64,000 nucleotides of DNA from Candidatus Doudnabacteria bacterium (GCA_020850635.1 JADZEH010000024.1:8617-72616); one strand, 5' to 3'; counted from the first letter of the stretch, positions 20,295-30,628 are shown. Notes: generated from the sequence alone by a model not told the origin. Program-made: numbers and translations.

Positions 20295-20669
20295 ATGCCT
20301 GACGAAGCCCCGGACTTGTCGGTGATCAAGATGCCAACTGACGACGAGAAGAAGTACTTCCTGTACAGTAAGCTCAACACATACATGCGTCGCGGCGAGG
20401 AACAAGGTCTTGCTTACAGGGCTCCTGAGGCCATGAGCAGGGACGAGATCGACACTCACTACAAGACCTACATTCTCACTCACTTGATTGTGAATGATGA
20501 GATCCTCCCAGACCAAATGTCGGCCGCACTTGCAGGCCCTTATGGCTTGGAAACCGATATATTCTACAATGCCTGGATAGTCATCGATGACTATGCCACA
20601 ACAGGAGGTGAAAAGGCTCGCGCCGGCAAATCCTGGAATCTCCCGCCTGAGGAGGACCCCCCGAACTGA
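20295..20669 (+). CDS. Hypothetical acidic protein, compositionally foreign (~52% GC)
   Basis: ATG at 20295 is preceded by aagaggaggag (the ORF track starts earlier at 20256). 124 aa, MPDEAPDLSVIKMPTDDEKKYFLYSKL... Terminator immediately downstream. Antisense to murB/murC. Confidence 0.55.
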   Translation: MPDEAPDLSVIKMPTDDEKKYFLYSKLNTYMRRGEEQGLAYRAPEAMSRDEIDTHYKTYILTHLIVNDEILPDQMSAALAGPYGLETDIFYNAWIVIDDYATTGGEKARAGKSWNLPPEEDPPN

Positions 20670-20684
20670 TCGGGGGCTTTTTTA
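20657..20684 (+). terminator. Strong intrinsic terminator (cccccga/tcggggg stem, T6) for the high-GC ORF
   Basis: 7-bp GC stem with the TGA stop in the loop, followed by TTTTTT. The T-run overlaps the murC stop codon on the opposite strand. Confidence 0.7.
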
Positions 20685-22106
20685 TATACTCTCTATAAAC
20701 TCGTAAGCCAACTTATTGAAACTTCCCACAGCCATAACAATAATTACATCATCGTTTATTGCCTCGTCTTTCAAAATTTCTAATGCCGCGTCTTTGTTCG
20801 CCACCAACCTGACGTCCTTGTGATGCTTACTGATCGCTTTAACTACGTCCTGCCCGCTGATTGTGGCATCTTTAACATTTTCACGAGCCGGATAAATTTC
20901 AGCGATTAAAACATGATCAGCGGCATCAAAACTTTTTACCAGCTCTGGTAACGTTGCCGATGTACGACTAAAGGTATGTGGTTCAAAGATTGCCCAAATT
21001 CGTTTCTCACTGTATCGAGAACGAGCCGCTTCCAAAGTTTCGCGAACCGCTGTTGGATGATGAGCGTAATCGTCAATAACGGTAATTCCGTTTCGTTTGC
21101 CGAGTAATTCAAAGCGACGCTTAACTCCTTTGTATTCACTCAACGGGGCACTAAGTAACTCATGCGAAAAGCCCAAAGCTCTCACGGTTGCAATACAAGC
21201 TAAAGCGTTGTAAACGTTAATTTTCCCTGGCAAAGAGATTGCGTAACTTTCCAGCTTTTCGTTAGCTTCGTTTTTCTTGTCTCGAACTTGAAAAGTAGTT
21301 TGTTCTGGGCCAAAGAAAATATCACTCGCGGTATACTCGCTCATTTCCTTTAAGCTGTAACCGAAACTAGCTACGTTTGTTTCGAAAGCCAATTTGGCTG
21401 CGTTCACATCATCAGCGTTGTATATAAGTAGGCCATCGGCTGGCATGGCGTGAATCAGTAATTTAAATTCTTCCAAGATTTCTTCAATGCTACCGAACAT
21501 ATCGGGATGATCGAATTCAATGTTGTTAAGAATCACGATGTCTGGTCGATAATATTGGAACTTTGGAGTAGGGTCATCAAAAGTAGCTTTGTATTCATCA
21601 CCTTCGAATACGAAATAATGACCATCACCTTTGTGGAAATTGGTTTCAGAACCTTGCAAAACAGCCCCAACCACAAACGAACTATCATCCAGTTCCCTTA
21701 AAACACTCCCCAATAAACCAGCTGTGGTAGATTTGCCATGAGTTCCTGCCACCACAATGCGTAATTTGTCTTTAGAGAGCTCATATAACAATTCAGAAAA
21801 CGACACATAAGGTAAGTCGTTATCAACAATGTATTTGACTTCAGGATTATTTAAATCTTCCCCAGCACTAAGCACATACAGATCAGCTGGATTATTAATA
21901 ATATTTTGAGCGTCGTAACCAGTAAAATAGTCGATGCTGTATTTATCTAAAACATCTTTTGCAGGCGCGTAGACAGTTTTAGCATCACTGCCAAGGACCG
22001 TATAACCTTCGTCGCGGGCTATTCCTGCCGTGGCAGACATCGCAATACCGCCAATCCCAACAAAATAGATATTATGGATTTCACTTAGATTCATGAGTTT
22101 GTTCAT
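20682..22106 (-). CDS. murC: UDP-N-acetylmuramate--L-alanine ligase MurC
   Basis: NIYFVGIGGIAMSATAGI N-terminus, GTHGKSTT P-loop, Mur ligase C-domain. Probable start at the MNLSEIHN methionine. Confidence 0.9.
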   Translation of the reverse strand: MNKLMNLSEIHNIYFVGIGGIAMSATAGIARDEGYTVLGSDAKTVYAPAKDVLDKYSIDYFTGYDAQNIINNPADLYVLSAGEDLNNPEVKYIVDNDLPYVSFSELLYELSKDKLRIVVAGTHGKSTTAGLLGSVLRELDDSSFVVGAVLQGSETNFHKGDGHYFVFEGDEYKATFDDPTPKFQYYRPDIVILNNIEFDHPDMFGSIEEILEEFKLLIHAMPADGLLIYNADDVNAAKLAFETNVASFGYSLKEMSEYTASDIFFGPEQTTFQVRDKKNEANEKLESYAISLPGKINVYNALACIATVRALGFSHELLSAPLSEYKGVKRRFELLGKRNGITVIDDYAHHPTAVRETLEAARSRYSEKRIWAIFEPHTFSRTSATLPELVKSFDAADHVLIAEIYPARENVKDATISGQDVVKAISKHHKDVRLVANKDAALEILKDEAINDDVIIVMAVGSFNKLAYEFIESI

Positions 22107-23067
22107 AGTTAGTAATCAATTTTCTAATTTGTGGAATATTTTCTAAAGCTGCTTTGCGACCTTCTTCATAATTTTGCTGCATCTGTTCAACCGCATACGA
22201 CTGTCGTCCACGTTTCATCTCATGACGAATAAGCAAGTCTGAATCTTTGAAAACGTCGTACTTATCTTTTTTATTCTGTGCAGCAATAGCCAAATCTAAA
22301 GATTTTCCAAGGACACTAAATAACCCTTGTCGGTTAGAAAAATCGGACTCATTTAAATTAACATCAGCAAAAAAATCAAAGATATCCATTTGCTCAAATG
22401 ACTTAGCCATAGTACTCCACAACCGTTCGGCATAAGAAACTAGGAAAACTTTTTTCAAAGTTTTTAAAGCTCGGTGAATCCTGACTTGATATGGCAAAAA
22501 AATATGTTCCACCGCTCTAATGTTAACCCCAATAACAATATCCATACCAGCTTGCCTGACTACATCACACGGTACAATGCTCAACAAACCACCATCGACT
22601 AAAGTCCGATTCCCCCAAACAACTGGTTCAAAAACTCCAGGAACTGTGCAAGAAATACGAGCAGCGTGAGCAATATCACCCATCGATAACACGACTTGCT
22701 CACCCTTATCTATATCAACTGTAACAAAACCCATTAAAGGTCGAACTTCTTCAAATTTTTTATCTCCAGTAAATTTGCGTATTTGCTCTTCAACTTTATC
22801 AAGGTTATAAATTCCACCCTTCGTGCCATTGCGATTTAATAAACTAAATACCACGTCTTTATTTAGTTTAAATAAGTATTGTTTAAGCTCAGGAAGAGTA
22901 CCACACGCGTAACTCGCTGCTATAATAGTTCCACCCGAGCAAGCAGCAATATAATCAATGGGTATGTTGTGTTCATTTAGAACTTCTAAAAATCCAATAT
23001 GAAAACCGGAACGCGATGAAGCGCCACTTAAAGCCAGGCCAATTTTAGGAATTCGTTTCTCGTTCAT
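22081..23067 (-). CDS. Patatin-like phospholipase family protein
   Basis: GLALSGASSRSGFHIGFL oxyanion block, ACSGGT nucleophile region, LVDGGLLS (DGG). Confidence 0.75.
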   Translation of the reverse strand: MNEKRIPKIGLALSGASSRSGFHIGFLEVLNEHNIPIDYIAACSGGTIIAASYACGTLPELKQYLFKLNKDVVFSLLNRNGTKGGIYNLDKVEEQIRKFTGDKKFEEVRPLMGFVTVDIDKGEQVVLSMGDIAHAARISCTVPGVFEPVVWGNRTLVDGGLLSIVPCDVVRQAGMDIVIGVNIRAVEHIFLPYQVRIHRALKTLKKVFLVSYAERLWSTMAKSFEQMDIFDFFADVNLNESDFSNRQGLFSVLGKSLDLAIAAQNKKDKYDVFKDSDLLIRHEMKRGRQSYAVEQMQQNYEEGRKAALENIPQIRKLITNYEQTHESK

Positions 23068-23069
23068 AT

Positions 23070-24167
23070 CTACTGTGCTAGTGAATAAATAACCTTGGCG
23101 ATTCTTTGCTCAGCACCAGCGGGCATTATCTCAGCTAAATTAGAAGTTATACTTTTTTGTAAATTTCCATCAAGCAGTAGATTGCGGACACCCTTCAGAA
23201 GCTCATCAACTTCCGTGCCATCTTGATCAAAAACTATTGCAGCTTTTTTACTCCACAACATGGCCGCGTTAGATTCTTGGTGGGTTTTAGGCATCGGTAT
23301 AATAATCGCTGGTTTATGAAGAACGCTTAATTCACTTATCGCCGAGAGACCGGCGCGAGAAATCACCACATCAGCAGCGGCATAAGCCATGTCCATGCGT
23401 TCAATATATTTATAAGGGTGATAGTTCGGCAAAGATTTCTCACTTGGTTTACCGGTAGTGTGAATAATTTGAGCGAAACTTAAAAGTTTAGGCAAAGCTT
23501 TTTCAACTAACTTATTAAGACCTTCCGCACCTGAACTTCCACCGGTAATTAGAACCACTGGTAATTCTGAATGAAGTTTAAAAAACTTTAAGGCAGCTGA
23601 TTTAGCTGGTAATTCTTTGGTATTAAAGCGCACAGGATTTCCCGCCCATAACACCTTATTATTAGCTTCTGAAAACAAACCACTCCCCTGAGAAAAATCA
23701 CGGATGGAATGCTCAAAGGTCACAGTGATTTTTGTGGCAATTGGCGCACAGAGTGAATTTGATAAAGTACGCTCCACATCTTGTTGATGAATTAATATTG
23801 GAATTCTTAATACCCAAGCCGCGTACATTAATGGGACTTGAACAAATCCCCCAGCTCCCACAACTACGTTAGGTTTATACGAAACAATAATGAATAGTGA
23901 TTGTAAAAACCCAAGAAGAATCGCGAAAGGAGACCATAACGTCTGCAAGGAAAAATATCGTCGCAACTTACCCGAAAAAATCGCTTTAAAGTCTATCCCT
24001 AAGCCATGAGCGGCTTTTTTTTCTGGTCCATGATATGTTCCAACCAATAGAAACTTCGTCTCTGGTTTTTCATTATAGATATGGTCTGCGATGGCTAAGA
24101 GCGGAGACACTGGTCCCATAGTTCCGCCACCAACTAAAATAATTTTAAAAATAGAATGTTTTGTCAT
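23070..24167 (-). CDS. murG: MurG-type glycosyltransferase (GT28; undecaprenyl-PP-MurNAc-pentapeptide GlcNAc transferase)
   Basis: ILVGGGTMGPVSPLLAIA N-terminal motif and ITGGSSGAEGLN C-terminal UDP-sugar binding motif. Confidence 0.8.
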   Translation of the reverse strand: MTKHSIFKIILVGGGTMGPVSPLLAIADHIYNEKPETKFLLVGTYHGPEKKAAHGLGIDFKAIFSGKLRRYFSLQTLWSPFAILLGFLQSLFIIVSYKPNVVVGAGGFVQVPLMYAAWVLRIPILIHQQDVERTLSNSLCAPIATKITVTFEHSIRDFSQGSGLFSEANNKVLWAGNPVRFNTKELPAKSAALKFFKLHSELPVVLITGGSSGAEGLNKLVEKALPKLLSFAQIIHTTGKPSEKSLPNYHPYKYIERMDMAYAAADVVISRAGLSAISELSVLHKPAIIIPMPKTHQESNAAMLWSKKAAIVFDQDGTEVDELLKGVRNLLLDGNLQKSITSNLAEIMPAGAEQRIAKVIYSLAQ

Positions 24168-24170
24168 GAT

Positions 24171-25352
24171 TTATTGGTCATCTTCTGGTTCAGGTTCGTA
24201 AGTTTCGGGTTGAGGCTCAACTGGTTTGAGCTCTTTAGCTGTTTGTCGATAAATTTCTAAAGTTTGCTTGGCTGCAATATCCCAGTCAAAATACTGGGAA
24301 CGGACTAAGCTTTTTTGTTGCATCTGTTGATGAAACTGAGTATCTTTCGCTAACAAGTAAAACTTTTCAGCCATATCTTCTAAATTATAAGGATCAAAAT
24401 ATAAAGCTGCGTTATCATAAACCTCATTAAACACTTCTATATTAGACACGGCCAGAGGTAAACCAAAACGCATCGCTTCTACACCTGGTAAGCCAAAACC
24501 TTCGTGCAATGAAGCATTGGCATAAGCATAGGCGCCTTGATAGAGAGCAGATAAATCTGTATCAGAAATATAGTCAGTGAAGACTAAACGGTTTTTATGA
24601 ATAACATCCATCGCCTGAAATTTGATCTCCGGGTAATGCGGGTCTGGTTTACCTGCAATGACCAAATCCATATCCAAATTATACTTTGATAAAAACTCAT
24701 CGAAACCATGAGTTAACTGAACCACATTCTTTTTTCGTTCTAAAGTCCCAACAAATAAAAAGTATGGTCGAGACAGTAAATATGAGCGCTTTACATCTGC
24801 AATTTGTTTGTCCGACACTGGCTCTAAAGTGGTGCCTTCATAAACAACATCAATCTTATCTAAAGACACTTTCAAGGTTTTGGCAATATCCTTTTTTGAC
24901 GCTTCTGAGACCGTGATAATTCTAATGGCTTTTTTGGCTGCAGTCTCAATAATTTTCTTGTATGCCATGAATTTCCAATAACGCCCAATTTTGTGGCCAC
25001 TAATTTTATGGTGAACCACGTCATGGATAGTTACAACATAAGGTCTGTTATACCAAATGGGGACATTAAAATTTGGAAAATGAACGATGTCTAACTTAGC
25101 TTTGTTTAACTGTCGTAAAAAGATCAACTGTTCCGAAAACGAATAATGCCTGGCGTTAGTTGAGACTAAAGTTACTTGAGAAAACTTTTGTAAAGCTATT
25201 AAATCTTCGTCAGCAATGGCGTCGGGTTTGTAAAACACAATAAACTCGTTATCTCGATCGCGTTTTAACATGGCAATAAGCAACGCAAAAGAGTACCGAC
25301 CAATGCCGGCATGCATGCTCCCACCCATTCTTAAATCAAATCCGATGCGCAT
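24171..25352 (-). CDS. Glycosyltransferase family 4 (GT-B)
   Basis: EGFGLPGVEAMRFGLPLAVS E-x7-E-like donor-binding motif. Confidence 0.85.
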   Translation of the reverse strand: MRIGFDLRMGGSMHAGIGRYSFALLIAMLKRDRDNEFIVFYKPDAIADEDLIALQKFSQVTLVSTNARHYSFSEQLIFLRQLNKAKLDIVHFPNFNVPIWYNRPYVVTIHDVVHHKISGHKIGRYWKFMAYKKIIETAAKKAIRIITVSEASKKDIAKTLKVSLDKIDVVYEGTTLEPVSDKQIADVKRSYLLSRPYFLFVGTLERKKNVVQLTHGFDEFLSKYNLDMDLVIAGKPDPHYPEIKFQAMDVIHKNRLVFTDYISDTDLSALYQGAYAYANASLHEGFGLPGVEAMRFGLPLAVSNIEVFNEVYDNAALYFDPYNLEDMAEKFYLLAKDTQFHQQMQQKSLVRSQYFDWDIAAKQTLEIYRQTAKELKPVEPQPETYEPEPEDDQ

Positions 25353-25361
25353 ATGAGTATT

Positions 25362-26486
25362 TTATCTCAGGCTATTAAATACCGCGAGAGTTTGTTCTGC
25401 GGTTCGCTCCCAGCTAAATCGTTCGGCTCTAGCACTTCCTTTGGCAATTAATTGTGATCGAACGCTTTCATTTGTAAGTACTTCAGACAGTGCGAACGCT
25501 AAATCATCAATATTATAGGGATTAACGAGTAAGGCAGCGTCCCCGACAATTTCGGGGATAGCTGAAACCTGACTTGTGACTACGGGGACGCCTAGACTCA
25601 TCGCTTCTAGTGGTACGAAGCCAAACCCTTCGTAAAAGCTTGGGTAGACAACTGCTCGAGCAAGTTTCATAATCGCAGGTTTGTCTGTTTCATCAACATA
25701 GCCCAAGTATTTTATTGAGCGCTTTTTTTTGCTCTTTCCGAGCGCTTCTAAAATTTCACCGTACTTCCAACCAAGCTTACCAACAATCACTAAATGGGCA
25801 TCAGAGTCTGTAGCTTCAAAAGCTTTGATTAAACCAATCAAGTTTTTTCGTGGCTCGAGAGTACTAACAAACAATAAATATTTTCCTGGTAAGCCATAAA
25901 CATTTCTAGCATCACGAAGTCTATCTGCAGGAATGTGCGAATCAAAAGTTGAACGGTCAATTCCAGGATTAATCACAGAAATTTTTGATTCCTCGATACC
26001 TGTTAGCTTTATGAGATCGTGCTTGGTGTGTTCTGAAACGGCTATGAGTTGATCCGCTCGTTCATAGATTTTCTTTACGTTTAGAAACTTGTGCCATAAA
26101 CGACCTTTCATACTGTAATATTGCGGGGTGATTATTGGTGAGAGATCGTGAACCGTAATAACTAATTTTTTTCCACTACTAATTCCAAAACGGTTGGCGT
26201 TTGGTAAAAATAATATATCGAAGTCACCGATAAGTTGTTCAAAGTGAGGACGACTAAAAACTTTAAGTGAGAGGTTTAAAACTCGATTTGGAATGCGGGT
26301 TTGAACAATCTTTGAATTAACATATTGTAAATGCTCAAAACTCTCTGGTAATAATGAATTTGAAAAAAACACATACTGATTATCTTGGTCGATTGCCAGC
26401 AGGTGCTCCAAAAGATTGAGGATATAATTTTCAACCCCGCTGACCACGCCTGTTTGTAAGCTTCTTAAATCAACAGCTATTTTCAT
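25362..26486 (-). CDS. Glycosyltransferase family 4 (GT-B)
   Basis: EGFGFVPLEAMSLGVPVVTS motif. Confidence 0.85.
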   Translation of the reverse strand: MKIAVDLRSLQTGVVSGVENYILNLLEHLLAIDQDNQYVFFSNSLLPESFEHLQYVNSKIVQTRIPNRVLNLSLKVFSRPHFEQLIGDFDILFLPNANRFGISSGKKLVITVHDLSPIITPQYYSMKGRLWHKFLNVKKIYERADQLIAVSEHTKHDLIKLTGIEESKISVINPGIDRSTFDSHIPADRLRDARNVYGLPGKYLLFVSTLEPRKNLIGLIKAFEATDSDAHLVIVGKLGWKYGEILEALGKSKKKRSIKYLGYVDETDKPAIMKLARAVVYPSFYEGFGFVPLEAMSLGVPVVTSQVSAIPEIVGDAALLVNPYNIDDLAFALSEVLTNESVRSQLIAKGSARAERFSWERTAEQTLAVFNSLR

Positions 26487-27583
26487 AACGTTTCGGTTAT
26501 AGGCTTCATAAATTCAGTGAGCTTTCGTTTAAACGACTCTTTACTGAACTTGTTAGCATGGTTTTGTAAAGCTTGCAGGTTATATTTTAAATGATCCCAA
26601 GCTTGGATATACGTTTTGATGCTGTCTTTCGTAACGTCAGAAAATAGTTCGCCGCTAACCCCAGGTTCTATTGTCTCCAACGAGCCGCCTCTGGCCAAGC
26701 CAAGAGTTGCTGTACCACAAGCCGCAGCCTCAAGTGGCATCATCCCGAAGTCTTCAAATTGAGGGTAAATGTACCCTTTGGCCCCACTATATTCATCTCT
26801 AAGGACTTCGTCACTTACTCGACCCAGAAAAGTTATATTTGGCTTAGCGATGGACCTTAAATACTCTTCTTGTCTACCAGTGCCAACCACATGAAGCGGC
26901 CAACCAAGTTCATTGAAGATCTCAACAATCTTTTCATTGTTTTTGTGAGCGTGAAGACGACCAGCAATCAAAAAGTAATCTTGTTTACTACGTGTGGGTT
27001 TCCAAAAATTCACATCAACAAATGGATGAATTACCACACTGTCGCGGTTATAATATTTCTTTATACGGCTTTGAACTTCTGCGGAGTTCGCAATGAAGTG
27101 CGTAACTTTTTGAGCATGAGCATAATCCCACTTTTGCATCCATGACAAATACTTCATCAAAAGAGGATAAAGAGGTTTTAAAATTTTTGGTAATTCCTGG
27201 GCGGCATATTCTTGCTCACCCCATAAAAATCTTGCCGGTGTGTGACAATAATTTACGTGAATAGAATTTTTATCAACGTTAAGATTACGGATAAAGCTTG
27301 AGCTGGATGACAATACCACCTTAGCTTGGGGTTTCATAAACTTTAACGCTAACGGAATAAATATCAACCAGTACTGTAAATTCTTTTTGATTAAATAAAG
27401 ATGCTGAATAAAACTTGTACGTAAGTCCCAATCGTCAAACAAGTTTCGATATTTCTCATCCGCAACTAAAGTGTAAACTGGGGCGTCTGGGTAGAGTTCA
27501 TGAATACAATCAAAAACCCGCTCAGAGCCGCCGAGCTGGGTAAAAGAATCGTGAGCAAGGGCAATATTAATTTCAGGTTTCAT
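26483..27583 (-). CDS. Glycosyltransferase (GT4-like)
   Basis: FEDFGMMPLEAAACGTATLG motif. 4-nt overlap with the upstream GT. Confidence 0.75.
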   Translation of the reverse strand: MKPEINIALAHDSFTQLGGSERVFDCIHELYPDAPVYTLVADEKYRNLFDDWDLRTSFIQHLYLIKKNLQYWLIFIPLALKFMKPQAKVVLSSSSSFIRNLNVDKNSIHVNYCHTPARFLWGEQEYAAQELPKILKPLYPLLMKYLSWMQKWDYAHAQKVTHFIANSAEVQSRIKKYYNRDSVVIHPFVDVNFWKPTRSKQDYFLIAGRLHAHKNNEKIVEIFNELGWPLHVVGTGRQEEYLRSIAKPNITFLGRVSDEVLRDEYSGAKGYIYPQFEDFGMMPLEAAACGTATLGLARGGSLETIEPGVSGELFSDVTKDSIKTYIQAWDHLKYNLQALQNHANKFSKESFKRKLTEFMKPITETL

Positions 27584-27601
27584 TAATCTATATTTGATAA
27601 C

Positions 27602-29038
27602 TTAGAAGTCTTCTTTTGGCTTTTTCGCAAAAAACAACATCCAAAAACTGTTAGCTAAAACTTTAATGTCTAGCCATAAACTCCAATTTTCAATGTAAAA
27701 CATATTAAGACGCATTTCTTCTTCGAAAGGTAAGAGTGGGCGAGAAATAATTGCCAACTGTGATAGACCAAAAATTCCCGGCTTGATACTTAACACTCGT
27801 GGATAGATATGCTTGTAATTTTCAAGTTCAGGTAAAACGTGTGGTCTTGGACCAACCATACTGATATCACCTTTTAAAACGTTCACGAACTGAGGTAATT
27901 CATCTAACTTAGTCTTACGTAAAAACCGTCCAAAGCGGGTCACCCGTGGGTCATCTTTAAATTTAGAGACGGCACCGTCGCTCCCACCACGGGCATTGTT
28001 TTGGCGCATTTCCAACCATAATTTTTCAGCTTCTTCTCCGCCATAACCCTCACCTACGCTTAGATGAGCGTGCATACTACGAAATTTGTAAAACCAAAAA
28101 GCTTTGTTACGACTCCCTCTTTGCGCAGAGTAAATTACAGGACCACGACTATCAAGTTTGATTCCAATTGCGATTAATATAAACAGTGGACTGGTTATAA
28201 CAATACAAATAGTGCTAACAATAATATCGAAAATTCGTTTGACTACTTTCCCCCATCCATCTAATGGTGTGTTTTTTAAACTAATAATTGGGATACCTTT
28301 AACCGTACTTACCTCGACAACATTTCGTTGCACCTCAAAAAGATTTGGGACGAAACTAAATTGTAACCCGTGCTTACGAACAAACTCAACGATTTTAAAA
28401 TTAGCTGTGTCACTTAATGACGCATTGGTTTGCATAATTTCATCAAACCGATTTTCAGCATAAAGCTTCTCAAGCTCCGACATCGTATTGTTGTCATATG
28501 GTAACTCTGCAACCAAGCGATATCCCAGACTTTTGTTCTTATACACCGACTCAATTATCTTTGACTCTTGATTGTTACCATTGATAATAACCAACCGATG
28601 TAGTCCAAGTCCGCGTTTGAATAAAACTTTTTGAATATTTTTTAAAATCAGTCGTCCGAAAACAACCAAGATAATACTCAAAACCCAAGTAGCTAAAACA
28701 ATAAAGCGTGAGGGAAAGAGTTCGCGATTAAAGAAGAATAAAATTATAACCAAAAATAGACCAAGAGACACGCCCAAAACCACTCGCCAGAACTCCTGAC
28801 TAAATTTTCTCGTCCCCTTCAAATTATACAAACCAAGACTTCCAAAAATGAGCAACATAATTGGAATGACAAAAGTCAGAACTCCTAAAAATTCAGAAAG
28901 TTGCAAGTTGTAGATGACTGGGCCAACTAACTCTTCAAAACGAAGTCGACTGTAAAAAGAAAAAATCCCCGCCGCCACGAGCATCAAGGCATCTACTGGC
29001 ACAGAGACTATATTAAATACAAGTTCCGGTTTCTTCAT
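27602..29038 (-). CDS. Polyprenyl-phosphate glycosylphosphotransferase (bacterial sugar transferase, WbaP/CpsE-like initiating enzyme)
   Basis: N-terminal TM bundle. KRIFDIIVSTICIVITSPLFILIAIGIKLDSRGPVIY...KFRSM...GDISMVGPRP signature. Confidence 0.85.
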   Translation of the reverse strand: MKKPELVFNIVSVPVDALMLVAAGIFSFYSRLRFEELVGPVIYNLQLSEFLGVLTFVIPIMLLIFGSLGLYNLKGTRKFSQEFWRVVLGVSLGLFLVIILFFFNRELFPSRFIVLATWVLSIILVVFGRLILKNIQKVLFKRGLGLHRLVIINGNNQESKIIESVYKNKSLGYRLVAELPYDNNTMSELEKLYAENRFDEIMQTNASLSDTANFKIVEFVRKHGLQFSFVPNLFEVQRNVVEVSTVKGIPIISLKNTPLDGWGKVVKRIFDIIVSTICIVITSPLFILIAIGIKLDSRGPVIYSAQRGSRNKAFWFYKFRSMHAHLSVGEGYGGEEAEKLWLEMRQNNARGGSDGAVSKFKDDPRVTRFGRFLRKTKLDELPQFVNVLKGDISMVGPRPHVLPELENYKHIYPRVLSIKPGIFGLSQLAIISRPLLPFEEEMRLNMFYIENWSLWLDIKVLANSFWMLFFAKKPKEDF

Positions 29039-29191
29039 AAGACTTTTACTGGTCTATAACTAATCATTTTCAGATAGAATTGCCCCGTTATTATAGCATT
29101 TTCTAAGACATTTCTCAAAACTGCCCCAAAATCCTAGGTTTAACATAGTTTAGGCAGTATGATAGTATATTAGTACGTTTATTCAGAAATT

Positions 29192-30235
29192 ATGACAGAA
29201 ACTCTACATTACAAAACAGCTGTTCTGTTCGGTGGCGCAGGATTTATCGGGACTCATTTGGCAGCAAGCTTGCTTAAAAGTTCTACTGTTGAAGAAGTCT
29301 TTTTAGCTGACCTCGTCTCTACTCCAACCAACCTCTGGCCAAAAGAGCTTCAAGAATTTAGTACTCAGGGAAAAGTCCATTTTGTGGAGTTGGATGTGAG
29401 GAAGCCAATACAACATTCTGATCTCCCACAAAACGTTGACTTAATCGTAAACTTAGCTGCCATTCATAAACAACCTGGACACAACGAACAGGAGTACTTT
29501 GAAACGAACTTGGCCGGTGCAGAAAATGTATGCGCCTGGGCCATTCAAGTTAAGTGTAACAAAATGATTTTTACAAGTAGTATTGCCACGTTTGGCAAAG
29601 CCACTGAACCTAAAACAGAAGACTCACTACCAACCCCAAACACTCCTTACGGTATTTCCAAACTTGTCGCTGAAAAAATTCACTTAACCTGGCAAGCTGG
29701 TAACTCCTCACGACGTTTATTAATCGTTCGTCCTGGAGTTATTTTTGGTCATAACGAAAATGGCAACGTTACCCGCATGATTAAAGCAGTTTTGGGACGA
29801 TATTTCTTTTATACCGGGAATAAAAAAGTTCGCAAAGCTGGAGGATACGTAAAAGAACTTTGTAATTCAATGATGTGGATGCTTAGACATCAAAATATAA
29901 AAGATCAACCAGTTCTTTTATATAATTTCAGCATGGACCCAGCACCAACAGTAGAAGATTATGTTCATGCTATAAACAAAACCGTAAATCGAAGCAACTT
30001 CACTCCTAACGTTCCCCATACCCTACTCCTCACCGCTTCTTACTTTATCGAAGCCCTTGCCCGTGTCTTGAAAATCAAACAACCGATTAGCCCAGTAAGA
30101 ATGAAAAAGCTCGTGCATCAAAATTTGATTGTGCCAACTGTACTCAAAGATTCAGGCTACACTTACCAGTACACTTTAGAGTCAGCGATGGCTGATTGGA
30201 AACAGGAATGGCCGGAAGACTGGTCAAAGAAGTAA
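29192..30235 (+). CDS. NAD-dependent epimerase/dehydratase (SDR family)
   Basis: VLFGGAGFIGTHLAASLL Rossmann motif. Divergent from the sugar-transferase operon. Confidence 0.85.
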   Translation: MTETLHYKTAVLFGGAGFIGTHLAASLLKSSTVEEVFLADLVSTPTNLWPKELQEFSTQGKVHFVELDVRKPIQHSDLPQNVDLIVNLAAIHKQPGHNEQEYFETNLAGAENVCAWAIQVKCNKMIFTSSIATFGKATEPKTEDSLPTPNTPYGISKLVAEKIHLTWQAGNSSRRLLIVRPGVIFGHNENGNVTRMIKAVLGRYFFYTGNKKVRKAGGYVKELCNSMMWMLRHQNIKDQPVLLYNFSMDPAPTVEDYVHAINKTVNRSNFTPNVPHTLLLTASYFIEALARVLKIKQPISPVRMKKLVHQNLIVPTVLKDSGYTYQYTLESAMADWKQEWPEDWSKK

Positions 30236-30254
30236 TTCAAGCTCAAATAGATAA

Positions 30255-30292
30255 ATAAAAAATCCTTTCGAAATTAATCGAAAGGATTTTTT
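30255..30292. terminator. Bidirectional intrinsic terminator (aatcctttcg/cgaaaggatt) shared by the epimerase gene (+) and rnpB (-)
   Basis: 10-bp stem, 8-nt loop, flanked by A-run and T-run. Confidence 0.6.
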
Positions 30293-30295
30293 ATA

Positions 30296-30621
30296 CTTTT
30301 AGCAAACTCGTAAGCCGAATTCTGTTTCTAAATAATCATCTATCTTGTCCTGCTGTTACCACCAGGATCATGCTGCCTACCAAATTTGGCATTGCACTCA
30401 GGTAAGGATTTGGCCGTTTCACCCTCTACATTACTGCAAAGGTTCACCCCGAAGGGTGCTCTTGGCTTGCGCCGCCAGCGTCACTGTTCGCACCTCTAAA
30501 ATTACTTTCGACGGGAATTACCCGCTACCCTTGTTAATGACTCTATAGTGGCCATCAACTAAGTGTTCGGACTTTCCTCTCTTAGCCTTGCGGTAAGAGC
30601 GATTATTCGATTTGCTAAAAG
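30296..30621 (-). ncRNA. rnpB: RNase P RNA (bacterial type; M1-like ribozyme)
   Basis: The minus strand carries GAGGAAAGUCCGAACAC (P4 5-prime strand), GGGUGAAACGG, ACAGAAUUCGGCUUAC (P4 3-prime strand). Terminal P1 pairing is CUUUUAGCAAAU / GUUUGCUAAAAG. No ORF. About 326 nt. Confidence 0.8.
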
Positions 30622-30628
30622 CCCCAAA

